Assembly: GCA_964373795.1 (NCBI GenBank)
Contig: CAYJVY010000003.1
Location: forward strand, 1 to 29,282
Direction: 5' to 3'
Length of the DNA stretch: 29,282 bases
Origin: an uncultured archaeon
Lineage (GTDB): Archaea > Iainarchaeota > Iainarchaeia > Iainarchaeales > DATDZZ01
This document shows positions 15,094 to 24,172 of the stretch, piece by piece. The number at the start of each line of letters is the position of its first letter. The first letter of the stretch is position 1. The position numbers were made by a program, and so were the translations under genes. Below the pieces are notes generated by a model, which was not told where the DNA came from, did no database searches, and was given only the letters and a program-made list of their open reading frames with translations.

Positions 15094-15396
15094 ATGGATG
15101 AAATTTGCACTACATGTGGACTACCAAAAAATATCTGTGTTTGTACAGAAATTTCAAAAGGTTCACAAAAAATTAAAATAAAGGTTGTGAGAACTCATTT
15201 CAAAAAATTTCTTACAACAGTTTCAGGTTTGGATGATAAAGTAATATTAAAAGAATTAGGGAAAACTTTGAAAACAAAGCTTGCATGTGGAGGAACAATT
15301 AAAGAAAACGAAATTGTATTGCAAGGAGACCATAGAGATAAAGTGAAAAAAATTTTGTTAACTGAAGGATTTAAAGAGGAATTAATAGATGCTTAA
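15094..15396 (+). CDS. Translation initiation factor SUI1 (aIF1)
   Basis: The SUI1 core is KLACGGTIKENEIVLQGDHRDKVKKILLTEGF, and the size is 100 aa. It holds the conserved archaeal position between rpl29 and RNase P Rpp29. Confidence 0.88.
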   Translation: MDEICTTCGLPKNICVCTEISKGSQKIKIKVVRTHFKKFLTTVSGLDDKVILKELGKTLKTKLACGGTIKENEIVLQGDHRDKVKKILLTEGFKEELIDA

Positions 15397-15688
15397 AACA
15401 AAAAATTATTGCATTTCAAAAACAAATATTTTAATGCATGAATTAATTGGATTAAATGCTTGCATAACTAATAGTTTTGATCAAAACAAGATTGGGTTAA
15501 AGGGAAAAATAATTGATGAATCAAGGAATACTTTTTCCTTTGAAACACGTCAAGGAATCAAGGTTATTCCAAAAAAAGAGGTTTGCATTGAATTTGATTT
15601 AAATGAAGAAAAAATTGAAGTGGAAGGAGAAAAATTATTGTTTCGCCCTGAAGACAGAATTAAAGCTCTTTGGAGGAAAAAAGCATGA
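15389..15688 (+). CDS. rnp1: RNase P protein component 1 (Rpp29/Pop4 homolog)
   Basis: ELIGLNACITNSFDQNKIGLKGKIIDESRNTFSFET is the Rpp29 signature. It holds the conserved position upstream of rps17. Confidence 0.85.
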   Translation: MLKTKNYCISKTNILMHELIGLNACITNSFDQNKIGLKGKIIDESRNTFSFETRQGIKVIPKKEVCIEFDLNEEKIEVEGEKLLFRPEDRIKALWRKKA

Positions 15689-15981
15689 CAGAAAAATGCA
15701 GTGATTTTAGATGCCCAATTCATGGAAGCATTAAAGTTAGAGGAAATACTTTTACTGGAGTAGTTGTTTCAACTAAGGCTCCTAAAACAGTGAAAATTCA
15801 AAGAAGTTTAATTAGATACATTCCAAAATATGAAAGATATAAAAGAGTTAGATCAAGTATTTTTGCTCATCTCCCTGAATGCTTAAAAGTTTCACTTGGA
15901 GATATTGTAAAAATTGGTGAAACAAGAAAATTAAGTAAAACTAAAAGCTTTGTAGTTTTATCAACTAAAAAGGTGGATTAA
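15685..15981 (+). CDS. rps17: 30S ribosomal protein uS17
   Basis: CPIHGSIKVRGNTFTGVVVSTKAPKTVKIQ is typical of S17. The ATG at 15685 forms an ATGA overlap with the rnp1 stop, so I prefer it to the TTG at 15670. Confidence 0.93.
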   Translation: MTEKCSDFRCPIHGSIKVRGNTFTGVVVSTKAPKTVKIQRSLIRYIPKYERYKRVRSSIFAHLPECLKVSLGDIVKIGETRKLSKTKSFVVLSTKKVD

Positions 15982-16380
15982 ATGAAAGCATTAAATGCAG
16001 TTATTTCAAGACCTTTAACTCAAAAAAGTTATTGTACTTGTGCAGATAACAGTGGAGCAAAAGAAGTAATGATTATTTCTGTTTACAAATATAAAACTAG
16101 AAAAAGACAAAACCCTCATGCAGGGATTGGCGACTTAGTAAATGTTGTAGTAAAAAAAGGAAAACCTGAAATCAGGAAAAAAGTTGAAAAAGCAGTTATT
16201 GTAAGACAAAAAAAAGAGTTTAGAAGAAAAGATGGCACTAGAGTAAAATTTGAAGACAACGCAGTAGTATTAGTTGACGAAAAAGGATTGCCTAAAGCAA
16301 GTGAAGTAAAAGGAGTAATTGCTAAAGAAGTTGGAGATAGATATCCAAAAATAGTTGGAATTTCTTCAGGAATTGTTTAA
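15982..16380 (+). CDS. rpl14: 50S ribosomal protein uL14
   Basis: CADNSGAKEVMIISV is typical of L14, and synteny agrees. Confidence 0.96.
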   Translation: MKALNAVISRPLTQKSYCTCADNSGAKEVMIISVYKYKTRKRQNPHAGIGDLVNVVVKKGKPEIRKKVEKAVIVRQKKEFRRKDGTRVKFEDNAVVLVDEKGLPKASEVKGVIAKEVGDRYPKIVGISSGIV

Positions 16381-16400
16381 AAAAATTTGAGGAGAAAAAA

Positions 16401-16946
16401 ATGCAGTTAACAAGTTTTCATCCAGGAAAGCAAAGACTTGCTTTATACGAAGAACCATTACATTTAGCTAGAAGAAGATTAAGTTGTCATTTAAGTGATG
16501 AATTAAAAAAACAACTTAATAGAAGAGCTTTAACTGTTAGAGTTAAAGACACTGTAAAAGTAATGAGAGGAAAATTTAATGGAAGAATTGCAAAAATAAC
16601 TGGAATAGATATTTCTAGTGGAAGAGTTTTACTAGAAAAAGTTACTAGAAAAAAATCTGATGGAAGTGAAATTCAAGTTCCACTTACGACTTCAAATTTA
16701 TTATTAGTTGATTTAGATAGAACTGATAAAAGAAGGCTAGCTAAACCTGAAAAACAGAAAAAAGAGCAAAGAATTCAACCAATTCAAACAAGAAGAGAAA
16801 GGCGTTTAAGACAACCTAAAACTACTCAGAAAAAAACTAGAAAGGAAAGAAGAAAAATGAGGTTAAAAAAATTAAATAAAAGAAAGTTTTTTGTTTTAAA
16901 AAAATTGACTAGAAAACAAAAAATGATTTTTAGTGGAAAAAAATGA
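16401..16946 (+). CDS. rpl24: 50S ribosomal protein uL24 with an approximately 65-aa Arg/Lys-rich C-terminal extension
   Basis: The KOW motif is VKDTVKVMRGKFNGRIAKITGID. The basic extension spans about 16737-16943. Confidence 0.92.
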   Translation: MQLTSFHPGKQRLALYEEPLHLARRRLSCHLSDELKKQLNRRALTVRVKDTVKVMRGKFNGRIAKITGIDISSGRVLLEKVTRKKSDGSEIQVPLTTSNLLLVDLDRTDKRRLAKPEKQKKEQRIQPIQTRRERRLRQPKTTQKKTRKERRKMRLKKLNKRKFFVLKKLTRKQKMIFSGKK

Positions 16947-16956
16947 GGAAATATTT

Positions 16957-17676
16957 ATGAGTAAAAAAGGAGAAGATAAAACTTTAAAGACTTTAAATGC
17001 TCCAAAGATTAGAGCTATTCATAGAAAGGAATCAGTGTTTTCAATTAAAGTAAATAAAGGTCCGCATACCTCTGATTCATCTGTTCCAATTTCGTTTATT
17101 TTAAGAGATTTACTTGGATATTCAAGCAATTTAAAGGAAACAAAGTTTATTTTAAATACTGGAAAAGTAAAAGTTGATGGAAAAACAGTGAAAGATTATA
17201 GGTTTCCAGTAGGATTATTTGATTTAATTGATTTACCTGAAAGAAAGGAAAGATTCAGGGTTTTACTTGACTTAAAAGGAAGAATAAAACTAGTTTCAGT
17301 TGACTCTAAAGAAAAAATTTCAAAGCTTTGCAAAGTTGTTGGAAAAAAAGTTTATTTGAAGGGAAAAATTCAATTAATTACAAACGATGGGAGAACAATT
17401 GTTTTAGATAAAACAGATGTAAATGTTGGAGATTCAGTAAAACTAGATCTTCCAGGGCAAAAAATTGTGCAATCGTTTGCTTTGGAAAAAGGAAGTCAAG
17501 TGTTTTTCACTGGCGGAAAACATGTTGGAGGAAAAGCGGAAATAATTGAAATAATTCCTGGAACAATGAAAAGAAAATCAAGTGTTATTTTAATTGAAGG
17601 AGATAAAAAGTTTAGCACAGTTTTATCAAATGTTTTTGTAGTTGGAAAAAATAAATTGGAAATAGAATTAAATTGA
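16957..17676 (+). CDS. rps4e: 30S ribosomal protein eS4
   Basis: LKTLNAPKIRAIHRKESVFSIKVNKGPH matches the S4e pattern. The ATG at 16957 is preceded by GAGGA, so I prefer it to the GTG at 16933. Confidence 0.93.
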   Translation: MSKKGEDKTLKTLNAPKIRAIHRKESVFSIKVNKGPHTSDSSVPISFILRDLLGYSSNLKETKFILNTGKVKVDGKTVKDYRFPVGLFDLIDLPERKERFRVLLDLKGRIKLVSVDSKEKISKLCKVVGKKVYLKGKIQLITNDGRTIVLDKTDVNVGDSVKLDLPGQKIVQSFALEKGSQVFFTGGKHVGGKAEIIEIIPGTMKRKSSVILIEGDKKFSTVLSNVFVVGKNKLEIELN

Positions 17677-17686
17677 AAGTGATTAA

Positions 17687-18220
17687 ATGAATTCAATAAC
17701 TGTAACAAAGGAATCAAATCCAATGAAAAAAATAAGGATTGGGAAAGTTACTTTAAACATTGGAGTAGGAGAAGCAGGAGAATCTTTAGCTAGAGCTGAA
17801 ACTGTTTTAAGACAATTGTCTTCAGCTAAAACTGTTCAAACAGTTTGCAAGGTAAGACAGCCTACTTGGGGCTTGAGAAAAGGATTGCATATTGGAGTTA
17901 AATCCACTCTTAGAGGAAAGCTTGCATTAGATTTTTTGAAAAGAGCTTTTGCTGCAGTTGATAATAGAATTAATAAAAAGAGTTTTGATTTGCAGGGAAA
18001 TTTTTCTTTTGGAATAAAAGAATACATTGATTTACCTGGAGTGAAATACGATCCAAAGCTTGGAATTTTTGGATTAGATGTAACCATAACTTTGGAGCGG
18101 CCTGGATATAGAGTGAAAAAAAGAAAATTAAAAAAAGCAAGAATTGGAAAACAGCATTTAATTTCAATAGAAGAGGCAATGAATTTTGTTAATAAAACAT
18201 TTGGAGTGGAAGTAGAGTGA
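17687..18220 (+). CDS. rpl5: 50S ribosomal protein uL5
   Basis: NPMKKIRIGKVTLNIGVGE is typical of L5, and synteny agrees. Confidence 0.95.
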   Translation: MNSITVTKESNPMKKIRIGKVTLNIGVGEAGESLARAETVLRQLSSAKTVQTVCKVRQPTWGLRKGLHIGVKSTLRGKLALDFLKRAFAAVDNRINKKSFDLQGNFSFGIKEYIDLPGVKYDPKLGIFGLDVTITLERPGYRVKKRKLKKARIGKQHLISIEEAMNFVNKTFGVEVE

Positions 18221-18357
18221 ATAAAACAAGTGTATTAAAAAAAGAATGCAGAATTTGCCACAATAGACGAGGTTTGGTTAGAAAATATCATATTTATTTA
18301 TGCAGGAGATGCTTTAAAGACGAAGCCAGAAGACTTGGCTTTAAGAAATATAATTAA
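18217..18357 (+). CDS. rps14: 30S ribosomal protein uS14 (zinc-type, 46 aa), absent from the ORF track
   Basis: My own translation gives (GTG)MNKTSVLKKECRICHNRRGLVRKYHIYLCRRCFKDEARRLGFKKYN*. It has the CxxC...CxxC zinc knuckle and the GFKKY C-terminus. The GTGA overlaps the rpl5 stop, a GGAGTGG SD lies upstream, and the gene holds the canonical slot between rpl5 and rps8. Confidence 0.85.
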   Translation: MNKTSVLKKECRICHNRRGLVRKYHIYLCRRCFKDEARRLGFKKYN

Positions 18358-18372
18358 CAAGGTTGATGTAAA

Positions 18373-18765
18373 ATGAGTTTGGTTGATCCTTTATCAGATG
18401 CATTAATTAATTTAAAGAATAGAGACATGGCTTCAAAAAGAGACTGTGTCATTAGACCTAGATTTAAATTATTATTAGAAGTTTTAAAAATAATGAAAGA
18501 AAATGGCTTCATTAATTCATTTGAAGCAGTTGAAGATGGAAGAGAAGGATTAGTTAAAATTGATTTAAATGGAAAAATAAATGATTGTAAAGCAATAAAG
18601 CCTAGATTTGCTGTTAAAAAAGATGAATTTGAAAAATTTGAAAAAAGGTTTTTGCCTTCAAAAGATCTTGGATTGTTGTTAGTTTCAACTCCAAAAGGTT
18701 TAATGACTCATAGAAAAGCAAAAGAAGAATTAACTGGTGGAAGATTAATTGCATACATTTATTGA
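18373..18765 (+). CDS. rps8: 30S ribosomal protein uS8
   Basis: DPLSDALINLKNRDMASKR and the C-terminal GGRLIAYIY are typical of S8. Confidence 0.95.
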   Translation: MSLVDPLSDALINLKNRDMASKRDCVIRPRFKLLLEVLKIMKENGFINSFEAVEDGREGLVKIDLNGKINDCKAIKPRFAVKKDEFEKFEKRFLPSKDLGLLLVSTPKGLMTHRKAKEELTGGRLIAYIY

Positions 18766-18784
18766 TTGAATGAGTTGATTGAAA

Positions 18785-19315
18785 ATGAGTTTTTTTAAAG
18801 AAATTGAGATTCCGAATAATTTTACTGTAAATGTTTCAGAGCATTCAATTAAGGTTTCAAATGGAAAAAATTCAATTGAAAAAAGATTTAAAGCAGCAAA
18901 TGTTTTGCTTGAAAAAAAAGATTCAGTTGTTGTTGTTAAAACAGATTCAAAGAATAGAAAAAATAAATCAATTGTGAATACAATTGCTTCAATAATTCAA
19001 AACATGTTTCAAGGCTTGAATCAAGAATTTGAATACAAATTGTCAATGGTTTACTCTCACTTTCCAATGACTCTTTCAAAAAAAGAAGGATTTGTTGAAA
19101 TAAATAATTTTTTAGGTGGAAAAAGAGTGTTAAAAAGTAAAATCATTGGAAGTTTTACAAAGGTTGAAATCAAGGGAAAAGACATTTCAATTAAAGGCCC
19201 TAATAAAGAGGAAACAGGGCAAACAGCTGCAAACCTTGAAAAAACAACAAAGGTTTACAATAAGGATAGAAGAATTTTTCAAGATGGAATTTATATAACT
19301 CAAAAAGCTAAATGA
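18785..19315 (+). CDS. rpl6: 50S ribosomal protein uL6
   Basis: Synteny and the two-domain L6 pattern support the call. The ATG at 18785 is preceded by GAGTTGATTG, so I prefer it to the TTG at 18779. Confidence 0.9.
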   Translation: MSFFKEIEIPNNFTVNVSEHSIKVSNGKNSIEKRFKAANVLLEKKDSVVVVKTDSKNRKNKSIVNTIASIIQNMFQGLNQEFEYKLSMVYSHFPMTLSKKEGFVEINNFLGGKRVLKSKIIGSFTKVEIKGKDISIKGPNKEETGQTAANLEKTTKVYNKDRRIFQDGIYITQKAK

Positions 19316-19325
19316 GGAATTAAAA

Positions 19326-19928
19326 ATGTTAAATGAAAAAACTGTTGACAAGAATACTGAAATTATTTTACCAAAAAAACATAAAGAGGTTGTAAAAGAA
19401 ACTTCAAAAGAATCTCTTAAAGTTGAAGAAAAAAAAGTAGTTGAAAAAATGGAAAACGTTGAAGTCAAAGCAGGCAATAAAATGGATTCCAAGGTTAAAA
19501 AGAAAAAAGTGAAACCTTTAAAACCTAAAGCAAAGAATACTACTAAAAAATCTGCAGAGGTTTTAAAGAGAGCTAAATTAATTGCAAAAAATATTTCTCT
19601 TCCAACTTTTAGAGGAAGGTTTGGTAATAGAGAAATTAGAAGAGTGAAGAAAAAAAAATGGCAGAAATGGCGTTATCCTAGAGGAATTGATATTAAGCTT
19701 AGAAGAGACGATGGCGCAATGCCTTCAACTGGTTATCAAACAAATAATTTAATTAAATTTCTTCATCCATCGGGATTTGAAGAAGTATTAGTTTTTAATT
19801 CAAATCAATTAAATGCTGTTAACAAAGAATTACAAGCAATTAGAATTGCTTCAGCTGTTGGAAGAAAAAAAAGAATTGAAATCGTTAAAAAAGCAAAAGA
19901 ATTAGATGTAAGAGTTTTGAATAGGTGA
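19326..19928 (+). CDS. rpl32e: 50S ribosomal protein eL32 with an approximately 75-aa Lys/Glu-rich N-terminal extension
   Basis: The core is WQKWRYPRGIDIKLR..HPSGFEEVLVFN..RIASAVGRKKRIEIVKKA. The extension spans about 19326-19550. Confidence 0.9.
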   Translation: MLNEKTVDKNTEIILPKKHKEVVKETSKESLKVEEKKVVEKMENVEVKAGNKMDSKVKKKKVKPLKPKAKNTTKKSAEVLKRAKLIAKNISLPTFRGRFGNREIRRVKKKKWQKWRYPRGIDIKLRRDDGAMPSTGYQTNNLIKFLHPSGFEEVLVFNSNQLNAVNKELQAIRIASAVGRKKRIEIVKKAKELDVRVLNR

Positions 19929-19933
19929 ATTAA

Positions 19934-20377
19934 GTGGAATCACATAAAATTAGAAGACTTGCAAGAGAAATCTTAGCTGTTGGAGACGACAAAATTTGGA
20001 TGGATCCAAATCAGACAGTTAAAATTGAAGAAGCTTTAACTAAAGAAGATGTTAGGGCATTAATTGTTAAACGATTAATTAAGAAAAAACCTCCAGTTCT
20101 TCAAAGCAAAGGAAGAGCAAGAATTTTGCATGCAAAGCATAAAAAGAGAAGAAAAAGAGGGCAAGGAAAAAGAACTGGAACAAAAAAAGCTAGAATGCAG
20201 AAAAGACTTAAATGGGTTCAAGATGTTAGAGCTCAAAGAAAAAAATTACGCGAGTTAAGAGAAAAGCATCCAGAGTTTTTTGAAAAAATTGCATATTCAA
20301 ATGTTTACAATAAAATTAAGGGAAGATTTTTTAAAGGAAAAAAATACCTTGAAGCTTTTTTAGTGGAGGCAAAGTAA
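19934..20377 (+). CDS. rpl19e: 50S ribosomal protein eL19 (GTG start)
   Basis: KIRRLAREILAVGDDKIWMDPN is typical of L19e. AGGTGA lies 6 nt upstream of the GTG, and no in-frame ATG is nearby. Confidence 0.9.
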   Translation: MESHKIRRLAREILAVGDDKIWMDPNQTVKIEEALTKEDVRALIVKRLIKKKPPVLQSKGRARILHAKHKKRRKRGQGKRTGTKKARMQKRLKWVQDVRAQRKKLRELREKHPEFFEKIAYSNVYNKIKGRFFKGKKYLEAFLVEAK

Positions 20378-20955
20378 TGGCTGACAACATAACTTTTGAA
20401 GTAAAATTTAGGAGAAGAAGAGACAAAAAAACTAATTACAAGAAAAGATTTGCTTTGCTTAAATCTGATTTGCCTAGAATTGTTTTTAGAAGATCAAATA
20501 AAAGAGTTATTCTTCAAGTAATTGAATTTAATAGAAAAGGAGACAAGGTTTTAGTTGACTGTAATTCAAATGAATTAAACAAATTTGAATGGCCTTTGAA
20601 TAAAAGGAATACGCCTTCAGCGTATTTAACTGGATTTTTATGTGGATTGAAAGCAAAGAAAAAAGGTTTAACAGAAGGAGTATTTGACATTGGAATGAGG
20701 ACTCCTGTTTTAGGGTCAATGCCTTTTGCTGCATTAAAAGGTTTAACTGATGCTGGTTTAAAGGTTCCGCATGATGCGAGTTCTTTTCCTCAAAATGATA
20801 GAATTAATGGAAAACATTTAAGTGATTTTTTTTCCAAGGTTTCAGTTCAAGATTCAAGGTTTTCTTCTTATAAGAAAAAAAATATTGATTTAAGTAAAAT
20901 GCATGAATATTTTGATAAAACAAAGCAATTAATTGTAAAAGAATTAGGTGAATAA
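20377..20955 (+). CDS. rpl18: 50S ribosomal protein uL18
   Basis: FRRRRDKKTNYKKRFALLKSDLPRIVFRRSNKRVILQVI is typical of L18. Its TAATG overlaps the rpl19e stop. Confidence 0.94.
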   Translation: MADNITFEVKFRRRRDKKTNYKKRFALLKSDLPRIVFRRSNKRVILQVIEFNRKGDKVLVDCNSNELNKFEWPLNKRNTPSAYLTGFLCGLKAKKKGLTEGVFDIGMRTPVLGSMPFAALKGLTDAGLKVPHDASSFPQNDRINGKHLSDFFSKVSVQDSRFSSYKKKNIDLSKMHEYFDKTKQLIVKELGE

Positions 20956-20958
20956 AGA

Positions 20959-21687
20959 ATGACTAAAGAGAAAACAGAAAAGGAATTAAAAGTAGATGAT
21001 TCAAAAAAAGAAATTCCAGAAGAAGAAATTATTTTAGATCAAATTACAAAAAAACATTCAGATTTAAATAATTGGATTCCAAAAACTGATACAGGAAGAC
21101 TTGTAAAGGAAGGAAAAATTACTTCTTTTGAAGAAATTGTGAATAAAAATTTGCCTGTATTAGAGCCAGAAATAGTTGACTATTTAATTCCTGATTTAGA
21201 AATATTATTGGTTGATTTTAAGAAAACAACCATGGTTAAAATGAGTGGAAGAAAGTTTAGTTTTAGAGCAGCTGTTTTAGTTGGAGACAAGCAAGGATTA
21301 ATTGGAGTTGGATTAGCAAAAGATAAAGAAAGATTTCCTTCAATTAAAAAAGCAACTAAAAATGCTAAACTAAATTTAGTTAAAGTTAGAAGAGGTTGTG
21401 GTTCATGGGAATGTGTTTGTGGATTAAAGCATTCAGTTCCATTTGCAGTTGAAGGAAAATGTGCTTCTGTTAGAGTTAAATTAATGCCTGCTCCAAGGGG
21501 AACTGGATTAGTTGTGGGAGACAGAATTAAAGACGTAATGAGGTTTGCAGGAATTGAAGATGTTTGGAGTAATACTAAAGGTTCAACTGATACTAAATTA
21601 AACTTTGTTTTAGCAGCAGTTGATGCTTTAAATAATACTGTTAAAATGAAAGTATCAGATGAAATTAAATCAAAAATAATTAAGTGA
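20959..21687 (+). CDS. rps5: 30S ribosomal protein uS5
   Basis: SGRKFSFRAAVLVGDKQGLIGVGLAKDKE is typical of S5, and synteny agrees. Confidence 0.95.
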   Translation: MTKEKTEKELKVDDSKKEIPEEEIILDQITKKHSDLNNWIPKTDTGRLVKEGKITSFEEIVNKNLPVLEPEIVDYLIPDLEILLVDFKKTTMVKMSGRKFSFRAAVLVGDKQGLIGVGLAKDKERFPSIKKATKNAKLNLVKVRRGCGSWECVCGLKHSVPFAVEGKCASVRVKLMPAPRGTGLVVGDRIKDVMRFAGIEDVWSNTKGSTDTKLNFVLAAVDALNNTVKMKVSDEIKSKIIK

Positions 21688-21691
21688 GAAA

Positions 21692-22153
21692 ATGAAAGCA
21701 ATAATTAGAGTTAGAGGAAATGTAAAAATAAATACAGACATTAAAAGAGCCTTCAAGGAATTAAACTTGGATAGAGTTAATCATTTGTCACTTATACCTA
21801 ATTTAAATGAATTTTTAGGGCAAGTAAGAAAAGTAAAAGATTTCACTACATTTGGAGAGATTTCAATTGAAACTCTTTCAAAACTTTTATCCAGAAAAGG
21901 TCGTTTAGAAGGAGATAAAAATCTTGACGAAGCATTTTTGAAATCAAATGGATTAACTTCTTTTACTGAATTAGCTGAAAAGCTTTCAAAAGGAGAATTT
22001 TCTTTAAGAAAACTAGGAATTAAATCTGCATTCAGATTACATCCTCCACGAAAAGGTTTTGGAAGAAAAGGAATTAAAACTCCTTTTTCAATTGGAGGAG
22101 CTTTAGGTAATAGAGGAGAAAAAATTAATTTATTAATTGCTAGAATGATTTAA
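21692..22153 (+). CDS. rpl30: 50S ribosomal protein uL30
   Basis: AIIRVRGNVKINTDIKRAFKELNLDRVNH is typical of L30, and synteny agrees. Confidence 0.93.
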   Translation: MKAIIRVRGNVKINTDIKRAFKELNLDRVNHLSLIPNLNEFLGQVRKVKDFTTFGEISIETLSKLLSRKGRLEGDKNLDEAFLKSNGLTSFTELAEKLSKGEFSLRKLGIKSAFRLHPPRKGFGRKGIKTPFSIGGALGNRGEKINLLIARMI

Positions 22154-22161
22154 GTGAGAAT

Positions 22162-22602
22162 ATGACTGTAAGAAAAAGAAAAAAGAAAAACAAGTTAAGA
22201 GGAAACAGGACTCATGGAGGAGGAGACACTAAGAATAGAAGAGGAGGCGGATGTAGAGGTGGAAGAGGCCACGGTGGAAGTAAAAAACATAAAAAATTTA
22301 ATTATCAGAATTGGCCTTCTAAGATTCGATTAAATCCTAAAACAATTGTAAATGCAGTTAATTTAGATGACTTGAATAAAATTCTTTCCAAACTTGTTTT
22401 AACTGAAAAAGCTTTAACAGAAAAAGGCTTGATTGTAGTTGATGGAAAACAATTAAACATTGATAAACTTTTAAGTAGAGGAAAATTGTCTTTCAAAGTT
22501 TTAGTGCGAAATATTGGTTTAAGTAAAAAAGCAATTGAAAAAATTCAATCAAAAGAAGGAGTAGTTGAAGGATTTCAAGAAACTGCTCAGGAAGCAGAAT
22601 AA
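22162..22602 (+). CDS. rpl15: 50S ribosomal protein uL15
   Basis: KLRGNRTHGGGDTKNRRGGGCRGGRGHGG is the glycine-rich L15 N-terminus. Confidence 0.93.
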   Translation: MTVRKRKKKNKLRGNRTHGGGDTKNRRGGGCRGGRGHGGSKKHKKFNYQNWPSKIRLNPKTIVNAVNLDDLNKILSKLVLTEKALTEKGLIVVDGKQLNIDKLLSRGKLSFKVLVRNIGLSKKAIEKIQSKEGVVEGFQETAQEAE

Positions 22603-22605
22603 TTT

Positions 22606-24045
22606 TTGAGATGGTGTTTTTTGGCTTTACTGGATTTGTTTGACCCAATTTTTAAGTTATTGCCTGAAGTTAGGCCTCCTGAAACCAAGCATACTTTAAA
22701 GAAAAGACTTTTGTGGAGTGCAATTGCTTTAGTAATGTTTTTTGTAATGGGCCAAATAAATGTAATTGGCTTGAATGAAGTTTCAAAAGGGCAATTACTT
22801 CAATTTCAACAAGTTCTTGCAAGCAATATTGGAACATTAATTACTGTTGGAATTGGCCCAATTGTTTTAGCTTCAATTTTTTTGCAATTACTTATTGGAG
22901 CTCAAATAATTAATATTGATTTACATGATCCTTTGCAGAGAAAAAAATTTGCTTCTCTTCAAAAACTTTTAGCAATTGTTTTATCTTTTTTTGAAGCAGC
23001 TGCTTTTGCAGGGTTTGGAGTTTTTCCAGCGTTTATTACAGTTAAACCTGGAATGTTTTTATTCGTTGTATTACAAATTGCTTTAGGTTCAATTATCTTG
23101 CTTTACTTGGATGAACTTGTATCCAAGCACGGAATTGGTTCAGGAATTGGTTTGTTTATTGCAGGAGGAGTTGCTGGAAGTTTTTTCTGGATTTTATTTC
23201 AACCAGTTATTGCTATAAGAGGGATTTTGAATCCAGATTACACTGTTAACTTGGCTGGAAGAATTTTTGTAATGTTTCAAGAAATTCTTGCAGGAAATAT
23301 TATTGTATGGCTTCCAATTGCTTTAGCTATTTTGTTTGCAGTATTTATTTACGTAGTTGTAACCTTTGTTGAAGGAATGCATGTAAATATTCCAGTAATT
23401 GTTGGAAGACATGGAATGGGTGGAAGGTTTCCAGTAAAATTTTTATATGTTTCAAACATGCCAGTTATTTTGGCTTCAGCATTATTTGCTAATATTCAGA
23501 TTTGGGCAGCAGTGTTTCAAGGAATTCCAATTCTTAATTCAATTGTTAATGCCTTGGCTTGGGCTACTCAAATTCCAAGAGTTCAAGGACAATACTCTAT
23601 TTTAGAGGGAATAATTATTTCTTTAGTTGATCCAAGGTTTGGATTGCAAGCAGTGTTTTTTGAATTAGGTCATTCAATTGTTTTCTTAATTTTGTTAACT
23701 GTGTTATGCGTAGTGTTTGCAAGGTTTTGGATTGAATTAGCTAATCAAGGCCCTCAAGCAGTTTCAGAGCAATTACAGAAAAGCAATATGAGTATTCCTG
23801 GTTTTAGAAGCGATCCAAGAATTATTAGAACTGTTTTAGACAAGTATATTCCTCCTATAACGATTTTAGGAGGAGCATTTGTTGGATTGCTTGCAGGACT
23901 AGCTGATTTAACTCTGGGCTCATTAGCTTCTGGAACAGGTATTTTGTTAACTGTTGGAATTGTTTACAGATTATATGAAGAAATAGGAAAAGAGGCTTCT
24001 TTAGAGTCTTCTTTTTTGTTAAAAAAATTTTTAAACAAGGGTTGA
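22606..24045 (+). CDS. secY: Protein translocase subunit SecY (TTG start)
   Basis: The protein is 479 aa with about 10 hydrophobic segments. The N-terminus has LLPEVRPPETKHTLKKRLLWS. It holds the canonical position after rpl15, and the N-terminal region has no in-frame ATG. Confidence 0.93.
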   Translation: MRWCFLALLDLFDPIFKLLPEVRPPETKHTLKKRLLWSAIALVMFFVMGQINVIGLNEVSKGQLLQFQQVLASNIGTLITVGIGPIVLASIFLQLLIGAQIINIDLHDPLQRKKFASLQKLLAIVLSFFEAAAFAGFGVFPAFITVKPGMFLFVVLQIALGSIILLYLDELVSKHGIGSGIGLFIAGGVAGSFFWILFQPVIAIRGILNPDYTVNLAGRIFVMFQEILAGNIIVWLPIALAILFAVFIYVVVTFVEGMHVNIPVIVGRHGMGGRFPVKFLYVSNMPVILASALFANIQIWAAVFQGIPILNSIVNALAWATQIPRVQGQYSILEGIIISLVDPRFGLQAVFFELGHSIVFLILLTVLCVVFARFWIELANQGPQAVSEQLQKSNMSIPGFRSDPRIIRTVLDKYIPPITILGGAFVGLLAGLADLTLGSLASGTGILLTVGIVYRLYEEIGKEASLESSFLLKKFLNKG

Positions 24046-24172
24046 ATTAAATGCTTGAAAACAGGAAAAAAAACAAGAAAAGCAATATTTATAATATTAA
24101 CATGAGAATAAATAGTATATATTACATGGATTTTTTTAGTAGCTTTAACTCTTTTTTTAGAGGAGGATTTTT

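Noticed and set aside
15094-15688. SUI1 and RNase P Rpp29 genes inside the ribosomal-protein operon, considered as an unusual insertion.
   Set aside because: This arrangement (rpl29, SUI1, rnp1, rps17) is a conserved feature of archaeal superoperons.
21180-21701. A 173-aa minus-strand ORF, the longest antisense ORF.
   Set aside because: It is antisense to the highly conserved rps5. The sequence has no domain signature, and its length is explained by stop-codon depletion opposite a purine-rich frame.
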